A stretch of DNA of 64,000 bases. Origin: Chiloscyllium plagiosum (lineage: Eukaryota). The notes beneath the pieces were generated by a model. The model was not told where the DNA came from. It was given only the letters and a program-made list of their open reading frames with translations, and did no database searches. Positions 38,601 to 50,674 of the stretch are shown here, one piece after another (position 1 is the stretch's first letter; each line of letters begins with the position of its first letter). The translations under genes and the position numbers were made by a program. The stretch lies in assembly GCF_004010195.1 (NCBI RefSeq), contig NC_057750.1:1250808-1314807 (forward strand), written 5' to 3'.

Positions 38601-38897
38601 TAAGGAGTTTTTACGGCTGGTTAGAATTTGATATTACCAGTTGACACAATGAGGAACATTCACCTTGCTTCACCTTCCGAGGAGGCATTGCAAGTCTGGT
38701 GATGGGGTAACTCATGTATGAAGGTAAAAGCAATTAAACCTTCTCAAGTAACATTTCAGGGCTTCGCTGGTAAATATCAGGCTGACAGTGGAAGATGTTT
38801 TGAGTCAGTGTGCAGTCACGATGATTATTTTCATGGACCTCTACATTCTTCATTCAGAAACAAACATTCGATATTGAAAGTGATGAAGGACAAACAA

Positions 38898-39458
38898 GCA
38901 TGTTAAATTTGTACAAGACATTGGTTCGGCCGCATTTAGAATACTGTGTACAGTTCTGGTCGCTACATTACCAAAAGGATGTGGACGCTGTGGAGAGGGT
39001 GCAGAGAAGGTTTACGAGGATGTTGCGTGGTATGGAAGGTGCTAGCTATGAAGAGAGGTTGAGTAGGTTAGGTTTGTTTTCATTAAAAAAAAAGGAGAAG
39101 GGGCGGGGGGGGGGGGGACTTGATTGAAGTTTATAGACAGGGTGGATAGAGATAACCTTTTTCCCAGGGTGAAGGATTCAGTAACAAGAGGTCAAGGTGA
39201 GAGGTAAAAAGTTTAAGGGGGATACATGGGGCAAGTACTTCACACAGAGGGTGGTGGGCGTTTGGAACATGTTGCCAGCAGAGGTGGTAGAGACAGGCAC
39301 GGTAGATTCATTTAAGATGCGTCTGGACACTTGCATGAGTAGGTGGGGAGCAGAGGGATACAGATGCTTAGGTTTAGACAGTAGATTTGGATCGGCTCAG
39401 GCTTGGAGGGCCGAAGGGCCTGTTTTTGGGCTGTAGATTTCCTTTGTTCTTTGTTCTA
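38898..39458 (+). mobile_element. CR1 3' fragment of a different subfamily
   Basis: LYKTLVRPHLEYCVQFWS; tttgttct repeat tail. Confidence 0.92.
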
Positions 39459-40250
39459 AGCAGGCAGGGTGCGATGTGATTGAAGTCGATTCACCAAAGC
39501 CTGTAGTGAAGAGAACTTCAGCTACGAATCCCACCAGAGAAACAGAATTATTTAACCAGTTCCAAACCACCCAAGGGCTGGTATCCATGTGCCAGCAGCA
39601 TAGGGGCAAGCAGGGGTCAGCCAAGTGTCAATCATCTGTGACTTGGAATGAGCATGCCAAATTGGAATTCTGTTTTATAATCAACATATAGAATCATGGA
39701 ATATTGAAGCCCATTTGGCCCATTGAGTCTCATGCTGGTCCTTTCAAAAAGTGATCCAGTTTGATTCACTTCCCCACGCTTTCTTTCTCGTTGCAATTAT
39801 TTTCACCTTCTAGTATTTTCCCAGATCTGTGAGGGAGGTGAAATTTCATGAGTCTCCACCAATCGGATAAGCAGGACATTTCAAATCCTCCACATTCATT
39901 GTCTCCTGGTGATTGACATTCCCAACATCTGCTTTCTGTTCACTCTGCTTTTAGAAAACCAAAGTTTAAACCTCCCTCGATGTTTCTGTACTCCAAGCAG
40001 AACAATCCTAGCTTCTGCAGTTAATCCATGTTGCTGTGATCCCTCAAACCTGGAACATTTCAAGGAAATCTCTCTTCTGCCACTTCTCCAAATCTCAGTT
40101 TACCAGTTGGGATCCAGTTTAAGTTTTGGTGAAACTCTGTGGGTTTTGAGCTGTTTCAACTTAGAAAACCCAGGATCCCATTTGCTTTTCTAATTACCTC
40201 ATTAACCTATCCATGCACCTTCAACAATTTGTGCTGTAACACTCCCAGGT

Positions 40251-40278
40251 CTCTCTCTCTCACACACACACTCACTCA

Positions 40279-40309
<31 letters not shown>

Positions 40310-40505
40310 ACACACACACATTCACCGACACACACACACATTCACTCACACACACACAAACACACACATTCACTCACACACACACACATAAACTTACTCT
40401 CACACATTCTCTCTCTCTCTCTCACACGCACGCATTCATACACTCACACAAACACACGCACATTCTCTCACACTCAAACGTACACATATACACCCACCCA
40501 CACAC
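40251..40505. repeat. (CT)n/(CA)n compound microsatellite
   Basis: Seen directly. Confidence 0.95.
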
Positions 40506-40579
40506 CTGCTTTAGAATTGTAGATCTTTTTCTAATCAACTTGTTCAAAGATTATTACTAAGGCGTCCTAACCAACGGAA

Positions 40580-43238
40580 TAGGGAGGGAGGTAAAAGAGG
40601 TGGGGGATTGGCATTACTAATCAGGGATAGTATCACAGCTGCAGAAAGGGAAGTCATCGAGGAGGGTTTGTCGACAATGAAGTCAGAAACAGGAAATGAG
40701 CAGACACTTTATTGGGAGTTTTCTATAGACCCCCCGCCAATAACAACAGAGGCATGGAGGAGCAGATTGGGAGGCAGATTTTGGAAAGGTGCAGAAGTAA
40801 CAAGGTTGTTGTCAAGGGTGACTTCAACTTCCCTAATATTGATTGGAACCTAATTAGTGCAAATAGGTTGGATGGAGCAGATTTTGTCAGGTGTGTCCAG
40901 GAAGGATTCCTGACTCAATATGTAGATAGGCCGACTAGAGGGGAGGCCATGTTGGATTTGGTGCTTGGCAAAGAACCAGGTCAGATGTCAGATGTATTGG
41001 TGGGAGAGCATTTCGGTGATGGTAATCACAACTCCCTGACTTTTACCATAGTCATGGAGAGTGATAGGAGCAGACGATCTGGGAGCGTATTTAATTGGGG
41101 GAATGAGTATTACAATGCTATTAATCAGGAACTGAGGAGCATAAATTGGGAGCAAATATTCTCCGGAAAATGCACAATAGAAATGTGGAGGTTGTTTAGA
41201 CAGTCTTGCTTATGGTGATGGACAGGTTTGTCCCACTGAGGCAAGGAAGGGATGGTAGAGTGAAGGAACCTTGAGTGACAAGAGACTTGAAACATCTAGT
41301 CAAGAGGAAGAAGGAAACTTACTTAAGGTTGAGGAAGCAAGTATCAGACAGGGCTCTATAGGGTTTCGAGGTACCAGGAAGGAACTAAAGAATGCACTTA
41401 GGAGAGCTAGGAGGGAGCATAAAAAAGCCTTGGTGGGTAGGATTAAGGAAAACTCTAAGGCATTCTACACTTATGTGAGGAACAAGGGGATGGCCAGAGT
41501 GAGGGTAGAGCCAATCAGGGATGGTGGAGGGAATTTGTGCCTGGAGTCTGAGGAGGTAGGGGAGGTCCTTATTGAATACTTTATTTCAGTACTCACTAGT
41601 GAGAGGTACCTCGACGTTTGTGAGGACAGCGTGAAACAGACTGATCTGCTCAAATAGGTTGATGTTAAGAAGGAGGATGTGCTGGAAATTTTGAAAAGCA
41701 TAAGGATAGAAAAATCCCCTGGGTCAGATGGGATGTACCCAATGTTAATACGGGAAGGGAGGGAAGAGATTGCTGCGCCTTTGGTGATGATCTTTGAATA
41801 CTCACTGTCCGCTGGAGTAGTGCCAGATACTTGGAGGGTGGGAAATGTTATTCCCTTGTTCAAGAAAGGAATAGGGATCATCTTGGGAATTACAGACGAG
41901 TCAGTCTTTTGTTGCTAGTGGGCAAATTATTGGAGAAGATTTGTGATTATTTGGAAAAGCATAGATTGATTAGAGATAGTCAACATGGCTTTGTGAGTGG
42001 CAAGTCATGCTACACAGGCCTTATTGAATTCTTTGTGGATGTGACAAAATACGTTGATGAAGGTAGAGCAGTGGATGTGGTATATATGGATTTTAGCAAG
42101 GTATTTGATAAGGTTCCCCATGGTAGGCTCATTCAGAAAGTAAGGAGACATGGGATACAAGGATATCTGGCTGAATGGATACAGAATTGGCTGGCCCATA
42201 AAAGACAGAGGGTGGTGATAGATGGAAAGTTTTCAGCCTGGAGCTGGGTGACCAGTGGTGTTCAACAGGGATCAGTTCTTGGACCTCTGCTCTTTGTGCT
42301 TTTATAAATAACTTGGACAAGGATATGGAAGGGTGGGTTAGTAAGTTAGCCAGTGGCACAAAAGTTGGTGGAGTTGTGGATAGTGTGGAGGGCTGTTGTT
42401 GGTTGCAGTGGGACATTGACAGGGTGCAGAACTGGGCTGAGAAGTGACAGATGGAGTTCAACCTGGAAATGTGTGAAGTGATTCATTTTGGAAGGTTGAA
42501 TTTGAATGAAGATTACAGGGTTAAAGGCAGGATTCTTGGCAGTGTGGAGGAACAGAGGGATCTAAGGGTCAATGTCCATAGATCCCTCAAAGTTGCCATC
42601 CAGGTTGATAGGGTTGTTAAGAAGGTGTACGGTGTGTTGGCATTCATTAGCAGGGGGATTGAGTTTAAGAGCCACAAGGTTATGCTGCAGCTCTATGGAG
42701 CCCTGGTTAGACCACACCTGGAATATTGTGTTCAGGTCTGGTCACCTCATTATAGGAAAGATGTGGAAGCCCCAGAGAGGGTGCAGAGGTAATTTACCAG
42801 GATGCTGCCTGGACTGGAGGGCATGTCTGATGAAGAAAGGTTGAGGGAGCTAGGGCTTTTCTCATTGGAGCGAAGAAGGATGAGAGGTGACTTGATGGAG
42901 ATGTACAAGATGATGAGAAGCTTAGAGAGAGTGGATAGCCAGAGACCCTTTCCCAGGGCAGAAATGCCTATCACAAGGGAACATAATTTTAAGGTAATTG
43001 AAGGAAGGTATAGAGGAGATGTCAGAGGTAGGTTCTTTACACAGAGAATGTTGGGTGCGTGGAATGCACTGCCAACAGTGGTAGCAAAGTCAGAGACATT
43101 AGGGATATTTAAGTGACTATGACAGTCACATGGAAGTTAGTACAATGTATGGTATGTAGGTTAATCTGATCTTACAGTAGGATAAAATGCCAGCAGAACA
43201 TCATGGGCTGTACTGTGCTGTAATGTTCTATGTTCTAT
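40580..43238 (+). mobile_element. 5'-truncated CR1 LINE ORF2 (APE endonuclease and RT), disrupted
   Basis: GGGLALLIR, GVFYRPP, GDFNFPNIDW, PTRGEAMLDLVL, QHGF, YMDFSKVFDKV, GVQQGSVLGP; atgttct repeat tail; several stops and frameshifts. Confidence 0.95.
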
Positions 43239-44173
43239 TACCAGTGTGTCACAAGAGGCCCATTGCTTTAGAATCCTACTATTAAACTTTTATGGTATCT
43301 CCTCGTTGTCTCCTCATGCGTTGTATTTCACAGTCAACTTTCCATCCTTGAATGGATTTGTTTATATCCTTTCTATGTCTATTCATATCCCCTTCACTAT
43401 TTACTGCACCCCCTAGTTTTATTTTGTAGCCATGTGTTCTCTACCACCTTGTGAGTGAGCAACAGCATGGTTTATTGAACATAACTATAAACAGAAGATT
43501 ATAAATGAAGAGATCTTATCTGGAGGGCTACAGGCCCAGATTCCAGTTCCAACTCACTTGTCATCACTCACACATGGTTCCTTTCACAAATGCTCAGAAC
43601 TGTCTTTGGAGCAAAGACATGATTAACCCTTTCCACTACACGTCACTTGCAAACTTCAGAATTATGCTCCTGACTGTCAAGTTCACATCGTTGATGCTTG
43701 AGTCTGATCCCTTGGTGCTGTTCTTTATTGGTATCATAAGCATCTTAGAAATCTGCATAATATCACCCTGATCTCCTCCAAAGCAAACAATACCAGATTC
43801 CTCAACTCCTTCCTTCGTGGTCAGGATGGCTATTGGTTTGGTTGGTCCATTCTGGGGTAACATTCTTGGTGTGATCTCAGTTCTCCAGATGGGGCAGTGC
43901 CAGTGCCTTGCCTAGCCTCACTACCATTCACCCAGGTACACTCTGTGATATCCCCAGATCCTGTCAATATTCTCTAATGTGGCCTCTCACTGTGCTACAG
44001 GGCCAAGTCATCCACAAGTGATCCCAGATCCCTCTGTAGTATCATAATGTCAACTTATTTTGCATCATGTCCTTACTCTTTGTACAATGACTTTGAATCA
44101 GCCACTAAGAATGGTGATGAATTTAAAATACACAGCAGGATCGCACAGCAGTCAGATGAACTCCAACAGCTCA

Positions 44174-44268
44174 TTCTGAGGAAGGGTCACCAGATCTGAA
44201 AAGTTAACTCTGACTTCTCTCCACAGATGCTGCCAGACCTTCAGAGCTTTCCCAGCAATTTCTGTTTC
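44174..44268 (+). mobile_element. Penelope-like terminus (family 3)
   Basis: ctgaggaagggtcaccagatctgaaaagttaactctg; inverse homologue of 30390-30492. Confidence 0.7.
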
Positions 44269-44769
44269 TAGGGTTACAGCAGCCAGAGTTCTTTTGGTTG
44301 ATGTCAAGTGAACGACATTGACTCTGCTTTTGGGTCAGAGAGGAATGGTGGCCAGAACCTCGCTGCAGTGTGGTGGAACCCCGTTTAACCACCAGGTGGC
44401 AGAACCTCACCTGAGGCTACACCCTCAGTGATGCTGGCATACTGAGCTCATTATCCTGAGGTCTCGCTTAATGCTCCTGAAATGTGGGTTCAAATCCTAC
44501 CATAGCTGATGATGAAATTTGAATTCAATTTTTAAAAAATCTAGAATAGTAGCAATATCACCACGGTTGTAAAATAAACCCTACCTAGTTCCCCCAATCC
44601 TACAGTGAGGAGGGTCACATTTCTTGTTGTAGGTACATTTAAGCTTAATCATTAAAGCTATTGTTACTGGAAAAATACCTATTTTGTCAAAGTTTTATGT
44701 CTTGCACTCATCAGGACACTTTGCAAGAATAGCGTTTTAAGCCAACTGTATGAAAGGAGTTAGCTCAGT

Positions 44770-45050
44770 TAATCCAGAGACCCTGGAAATGTTCTGGGGA
44801 GCCAAGTTCGAAACCCACCACAGCAGGCAATGGAATTTGAATTCATTAAAAATCTATCTAATGATGACCATCAATTGTCAGGAAGACCTGTCTGGTTCAC
44901 CAATGTCCTTTAGGGAAGGAAATCTGCCATCCTTTCCCAGTTTGGCCTACATGGGACTCTTGTGATGTGATTGACTCTTAACTTCAATCCAGACAATTGC
45001 AAATGGGTAATCAATGTTGACCTTACCGGTGATACTCACATCCTTTCCAA
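44770..45050 (+). mobile_element. SINE family B
   Basis: aagttcgaaaccc B-box-like motif; tttagggaaggaaatctgcc. Confidence 0.75.
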
Positions 45051-45624
45051 AAAAAGCTACGTTTAGAATTTTAGTTTAGACTCTGAAATCTTGAGCTCTC
45101 ACTTTTTAGAACATGGCTAACCGAGCTGAACAGACATCAATATCGCTGCTGTCTGCTGACTAAGATCAAGTATTGATCACTGGTTGTTGCTTAATAGTTT
45201 TGATATCATCCTGCCCCAGGTGTGCAGTAGTCTGTCTGCAGTTTCTATCTAATGTTCTGGTCCAACTCCTGCCTTCTTGCGTCCTGTCCATGCTTCATTA
45301 GAATGTATTCACTCTTACACAAATGTAAGATTAACACGTTACCTTTCACAAAAGTGGAAAGAGTTATTATTATCAAAGTTCTGCCCGGGATCTGCTTGGT
45401 TTCTCATGCCAGCTTGTGTTAACTCTTTGTTTTTTCTGTGTACATTTGAAGTCCATTCTTGTTCGGGAAGTGATGTAGTCAGATGGAAACTGATATTGGT
45501 CAAAGCGGAATACTGAGCTCTCAGCAGTGTGATCTGGGACACACAGCAGAGAATTGGATAAATATTTGAAGTGCAATAATTTACAGGGGCAAGAGCAGAG
45601 GGGTGCAACTAATTTGATATTTGT

Positions 45625-46040
45625 AGAGTAAAGCTCCCTCTACACTGCCCCCTGTCAAACACACCCAGGACAGGGACAGCACGGGGTTAGATACAGAGTA
45701 AAGCTCCCTCTACACTGCCCCCTGTCAAACACACCCAGGACAGGGATAGCATGGGGTTGGATACAGAGTAAAACTTCCTCTACACTGCCCCCATCAAACA
45801 CACCCAGGAAAGGGACAGCATGGGGTTGGATACAGAGTAAAACTCCCTCTACACTGCCCCCATCAAACACACCCAGGACAGGGACAGCATGGGGTTAGAT
45901 ACAGAGTAAAGCTCCCTCTACACTGTCCCCATCAAATACTCCCAGGACAGGGACAGCACTGGGTTCGATACAGAATAAAATTTTCTCTACACTGTCCCCA
46001 TCAAACACTCCCAGGACAGGGACAGCACAACTTTAGATAT
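45625..46040. repeat. Minisatellite, six units of 69-70 bp
   Basis: Units start at 45625, 45695, 45765, 45834, 45903 and 45972 (agagtaaagctccctctacactg...cagggacagcacggggttagatac). Confidence 0.97.
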
Positions 46041-47129
46041 AAGGGAAATGTCTTTCTGCTCTCTCCTATTAAATACACCTGACTACTTTGTTCAGTCTGC
46101 ACAGCAACAGGAACATGTGAGAATGAGACAATGGGTGACAGATTATCATTTCTGAACGGACTGAGTTACTCTTTCCTCATCAGTTTCGGTATGTCCTCCC
46201 TGCCTGGCATTGTTTGATGTCCACACATTGTGATCACTGGAAGAAACGAGTTACTGTCCTCCTTTGACACACTCATCTCTTTCAGGCTGAACATCAACCA
46301 CTACAAGGCTGTCGGGGAAAAACTCCCATGCAGGCCATCACTTCACAGTGCATTCAGTGTTCAGTAATATTCACCTTCCATCACTCACACAGCAGGGCCT
46401 CAAAACGGAAACCCTGTAAATCACCATGTTCCATGTTTCCGGGGAACGCTGGTTGCCATCTCTGAATCAACACAATGCTCTTGAGTAGAGAGCTGAGGAA
46501 ACTAGTTCAGTCTCTGAATAACAGTGGGGTTCCGTATTTATGATCAGAAAGGAAGGTACGCTAATGCCTTATAAATCACCAGCTGGAGTGTTGGGAAGAT
46601 TCTTGACCTCTGCACATTAGTCAGGATGTTAAGCCTTAAGAAAGGTGTTACTGGAACAGTGAAAGGCTTTAGTTATGCCAAGAGCACAGAGGTAGTGGCT
46701 TCAATGCAGAGGCATTAAGCAGAAATTTAATCAAGGTAAAAGGGTTTTAACTAAGCCACCAAGAGGAACAGAAGGGTTGGGAATCACAAGGGAGCAAATG
46801 TCAGGTACTCTGCCAAAGGACAGAGTGTGGAGCTGGGAGTGAGGAAGAAATAGTTGTTGGGATTAATCTGCCTGAGAGGGCAGTGGTCTGAGATTCAATA
46901 TGAGCTTTCCAAAGGGAATTGGATAAACATGTGCAGAGGGCTTTTGTTATAGAGCATGAGGAATCAATCTAATCGGCTAACTCTTTCCAAATGCTAGTAC
47001 AGGTCTGGTGGGCTGAATGGTCTCCTTGTTTCCATTGATCCAGCAGTTTGATATTTCAATTCATTTCTAAAAATGTTTTCTCTAATTTTCTTTAAATCTG
47101 ATTTACTCTTTGGTGTTAAAGGAGTGCAG

Positions 47130-47340
47130 CGTGTGTATGGAATGAGCTGCCAGAGGAAGTGGTGGAGACTGGTACAATTACAGCATTTAAAAGGCATCTG
47201 AATAGGTACATGGATAGGAAGGGTTTGGATGGGTATGGGCCAAGTGTTGGCAAACGGGACTAGATTAGGTTAAGATATCTGGTTGGCATGGATGAGTTGG
47301 GCCGAAGGGCCTGTTTCCATGCTGTACATCTCTATGACCT
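47130..47340 (+). mobile_element. CR1/HER1 3' end
   Basis: ggaatgagctgccagaggaagtggtgg...ctgtacatctctatgac. Confidence 0.9.
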
Positions 47341-47390
47341 GTAGAGGGTTGGGATCTCCCCGCAGGATGGGGTGTCTTCTCCCCACTCAA

Positions 47391-47721
47391 GATTAGATTC
47401 TCTACAGTATGGAAACAGGCCCTTCGGCCCAACAAGTCCACACCAACCCTCTGAACAGAAACCCACCCAGACCTACTTCCCTCTGACTAATGCACCTAAC
47501 ACTATGGGCAATTTAGCATGGCCAATTCACCTGACTTGCACATCTTTGACACACTCAAAGGAAGGAAACCATGGGAGGAAACCGGAGCATCCAGAGGAAA
47601 CCGATGCAGACACGGGAAGAATGTGCAAACTCCACACAGACAGTCGCCTGAGGTTGGAATCGAACCTGGGACCCTGGTGCTGTGAGGCAGCCGTGCTAAC
47701 CACTGAGCCACTGTGCCGCCC
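47391..47721 (-). mobile_element. Full-length HE1 V-SINE with a short internal insertion
   Basis: Head gggcggcacagtggctcagtgg, B box ggttcgattcc, tail aatctaat. Confidence 0.92.
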
Positions 47722-48569
47722 CAAGGTCAGGGCAGCTGGTCCACTCCTGAACAACCCCTCACACCAACTCCAAACCGGACTCAATGGAGGCATCCAAACA
47801 GAAATCCATCAACAGGTGAAGCAAGGTCAGATTGAGGAGGGAAAGCAACATCGTTTCATGAAGAAGAGAAGGCCATTCAGCCCTCTGCTGCTGCTAAAAT
47901 TAGCTCATGCTGAGGATGTATGTTAACCGCCAGGAATCCATAACCCTAATCCCTCTACCCAAAAAAAAGCTAACAACTTCTTATTTTTAATTTCTCTGTT
48001 GATGCCCATTCTCAGCAGCTTTGGGGAGGGGAGGGGTCTAGATTCCCACTCCCTTGCTTCCTGGTATCACTCCTGGTTTGGATTTTACAGTAAGGCCCCA
48101 GAGCGAATAATTTATTTTCTCTCCATCAATCCATCAATTCCTTCAATCGTCTGAAACACCCCGATTAGATCACTTCTCAATATTCTACACTTGAGGGAAT
48201 TCAGCTATAGTCTATACAAGCTGACCTCAGAATGTGACCCTTTTAGCTCAGGCATCATTTAAAATATAATTGGCTCTTTTTAAAAGAATGTCCTGGGAAA
48301 GGGTTGAGGTTTCCTGCTCGTAATAAGAAGATGGTGATAATTAATGACCCAGATCTCAGGGTCTGCTGTATCCCCCCCCCAATCCTACAGTGTGGAGGGT
48401 CATAGTTCAAAGGAAATCCCCCTCTTGTTGTAGTTACATTTAATCATTAAGGTTATTGTTACTGGAAAAATACATATTTTGTCAAACTTTTACGTCTTGT
48501 ATGCATCAGGACACTTTACAAGAATACCATTTTAAGTGAAAAGCCAACTGTATAAGAGGAGTTAATGCA

Positions 48570-49030
48570 GTTAATCCACAGACCCAGGAAATGTTCTGGG
48601 GAGCCAAGTTCGAAACCCCCCACAACAGGCAACGGAATTTGCATTCATTGAAAATCTATCTAATGATGACCATGAATCTATTGTCGAGTGTCAGGAAAAC
48701 CCATCTGGTTCACTGTTGTCCTTTAGGGAAGGAAATTTGCTATCCTAACCCAGTCTGGCCTACATGTGACTCCAAACCCACAGTGATGTGGTTAACTCTT
48801 AATGTGACAGGGGTGTGCAAGCCAGGTGAGTTAGCCATGGGAAATACTGAGTTACAGGGATTGGTGGGGGGGTGTGAAGAGAGAGGGGATCTGGGTGGGA
48901 TGCTCTTTGGAGGTTCAATGTGGACTTGATGGGCCGAATGGCCTAGTTCTACACTGTAGACAGTGTATAATGATTCTATGAAATGCTGGTTCTGCCAGTG
49001 ATGCCCTCATCTCATGAACAAATAAAAAAA
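48570..49030 (+). mobile_element. SINE family B interrupted by an HE1 3' fragment (about 48805-48980)
   Basis: SINE-B body, then HE1 tail, then SINE-B tail aaatgctggttctgccagtgatgccc. Confidence 0.75.
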
Positions 49031-49054
49031 ATCTTGAGATGCAGGATGATGCCA

Positions 49055-49310
49055 ACAGTGTGGGTTCGATTCCCGCACCAGCTGAGGTTACCCTGAAGGG
49101 CTCTCCTTCTCTACCTCTCCCTTTAGGATGGTAAAGTTCTAAGTCCTGTAATCAGATAGATGTGATGTAGAGAGGCACTGTCAGGTTCAAGCTCAGATAC
49201 ATTGATATCCGGGCTCAGAGGCATGGTGACTCTCAGGTTCAACTCACCACCAGTCATTTCTCTCCCTAGTCAGACAGCTGCCCTCTGGGACTATGGCAAT
49301 TTTACCCTCT
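49055..49310 (+). mobile_element. Third tRNA-like SINE family, carrying a 94-bp insert
   Basis: B box gggttcgattccc; tail resembles 24178-24230. Confidence 0.55.
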
Positions 49311-50308
49311 TTTTTTTAACTTCCTCGCCTGTTGAGCATTTCCAGCCTATTTTCTATTTTCCTTTCAGTTTTACAACATTTGCAGTATTTTTGTGTTATT
49401 ATTAATTTAAGGGGTTTTTAAGCCATTACACCGAATCTTAAAATTATGGATCAATGCAGAGTCTGAGGTTACTGAATTGGCTGACGCACTTTTGTGAGTC
49501 TAAAAGGACAATCAAATGCATTTAAGGCTTTCCCAATGCTTCCCCTTAACGTGTTTTATGAGGTTTAAACCACAGTTAACGGCAGCTTGGGAGCAGCCAT
49601 TTTGTACAAAGCTCCCTGAGGTCACATCGCGAAGGCGGATTAGTTTCTGAAGGACACTATCTGCACCAAGGGAGCTCTGTGCAAAATGTTTGTTCTCAAA
49701 CTGACTACAACCAGCTGTTTCGAAACACAATAACAAGGAGAAAACACCATTAAATAGAGATTCCACGCTTAAGATTATGTGACAATCCTGCCTAACTGCA
49801 CTTCAGTCTTTTAATTAGAAAAGACTCCAGCCTTCAGTTTAACATAATTAAAATCTGTAATTTTAATTCAAAGTGTGACGGTTTGCTCTAAGTGGTTAGA
49901 ATGTACCTGATTGTGGAGGCGTTAAATAAGCTGCACTTGCACATAGTACAGAGAAGATGGGGACAGATCTAACCTAATATCAAACACAGACATAACAATA
50001 GGGTGTCGGAGAATGTTAACAATAGGATGTTAAAGTTCAAGGTCCTCTAATAGGATAGATGTGACATAGAGGGGGAATGTCAGGTTCGAGCTCAAATACA
50101 TTAACATCCAGGCTCATCGAAAGCAGTGGAAGGCAAGTGAGACTGGAGCTACCTGAAACACTGAGTACTGAAGGAGGCTCCTTAGTGGGGAATGAGGAGG
50201 CAGGAGGTGTAGAGAATGGATCACAGGACACTAACTCAATGGATTAAATGTTCCACTTTTGTACCGTTCTGTGATCACCGTAACAATAGCGTGTTAGTGT
50301 TTAACTGA

Positions 50309-50382
50309 GTTAAAAATCACACAACACCTGGTTATAGTCCAACAGGTTTATTTGGAAGCACTAGCTTTTGAAGCGTTCATCA
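50309..50382 (-). mobile_element. Penelope-like family 4 fragment with an approximately 14-bp TSD
   Basis: Homologous to 29661-29740; ttagtgtt(t)aactga at 50294-50308 and 50383-50396. Confidence 0.7.
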
Positions 50383-50674
50383 TTAGTGTTAACTGAAACC
50401 ATTAGACCAAATCCCAGGTCACAGCTACACCCTCTCAGATTCCCTGATTGGTTACTTCCTCACAGATGAGAACACGCAATGGCAGCTTTTCCACGCTGTG
50501 ATTTCTGTTCTGCATCAGAGGTTGGGGGGAGTTACTGGTGCCTGCCCATGGCATAATTGGCACAAAAAAAACTGTCTCCTGACATCAGGTTAAACTTTTA
50601 CTATTAAGTTTTTGGAACGTTTCACGTAGATTGGGTATCCCAAACTTCATGTCTGTCATGAATGAAATTTTTCT

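Noticed and set aside
40580..43238. Active LINE or domesticated RT gene
   Set aside because: 5'-truncated, with multiple stops and frameshifts
45625..46040. CRISPR-like array
   Set aside because: Whole units are repeated, with no unique spacers and no cas genes; eukaryotic context
47372..47926. 184-aa ORF (also 8776..9315)
   Set aside because: Mostly antisense reading of an HE1 SINE
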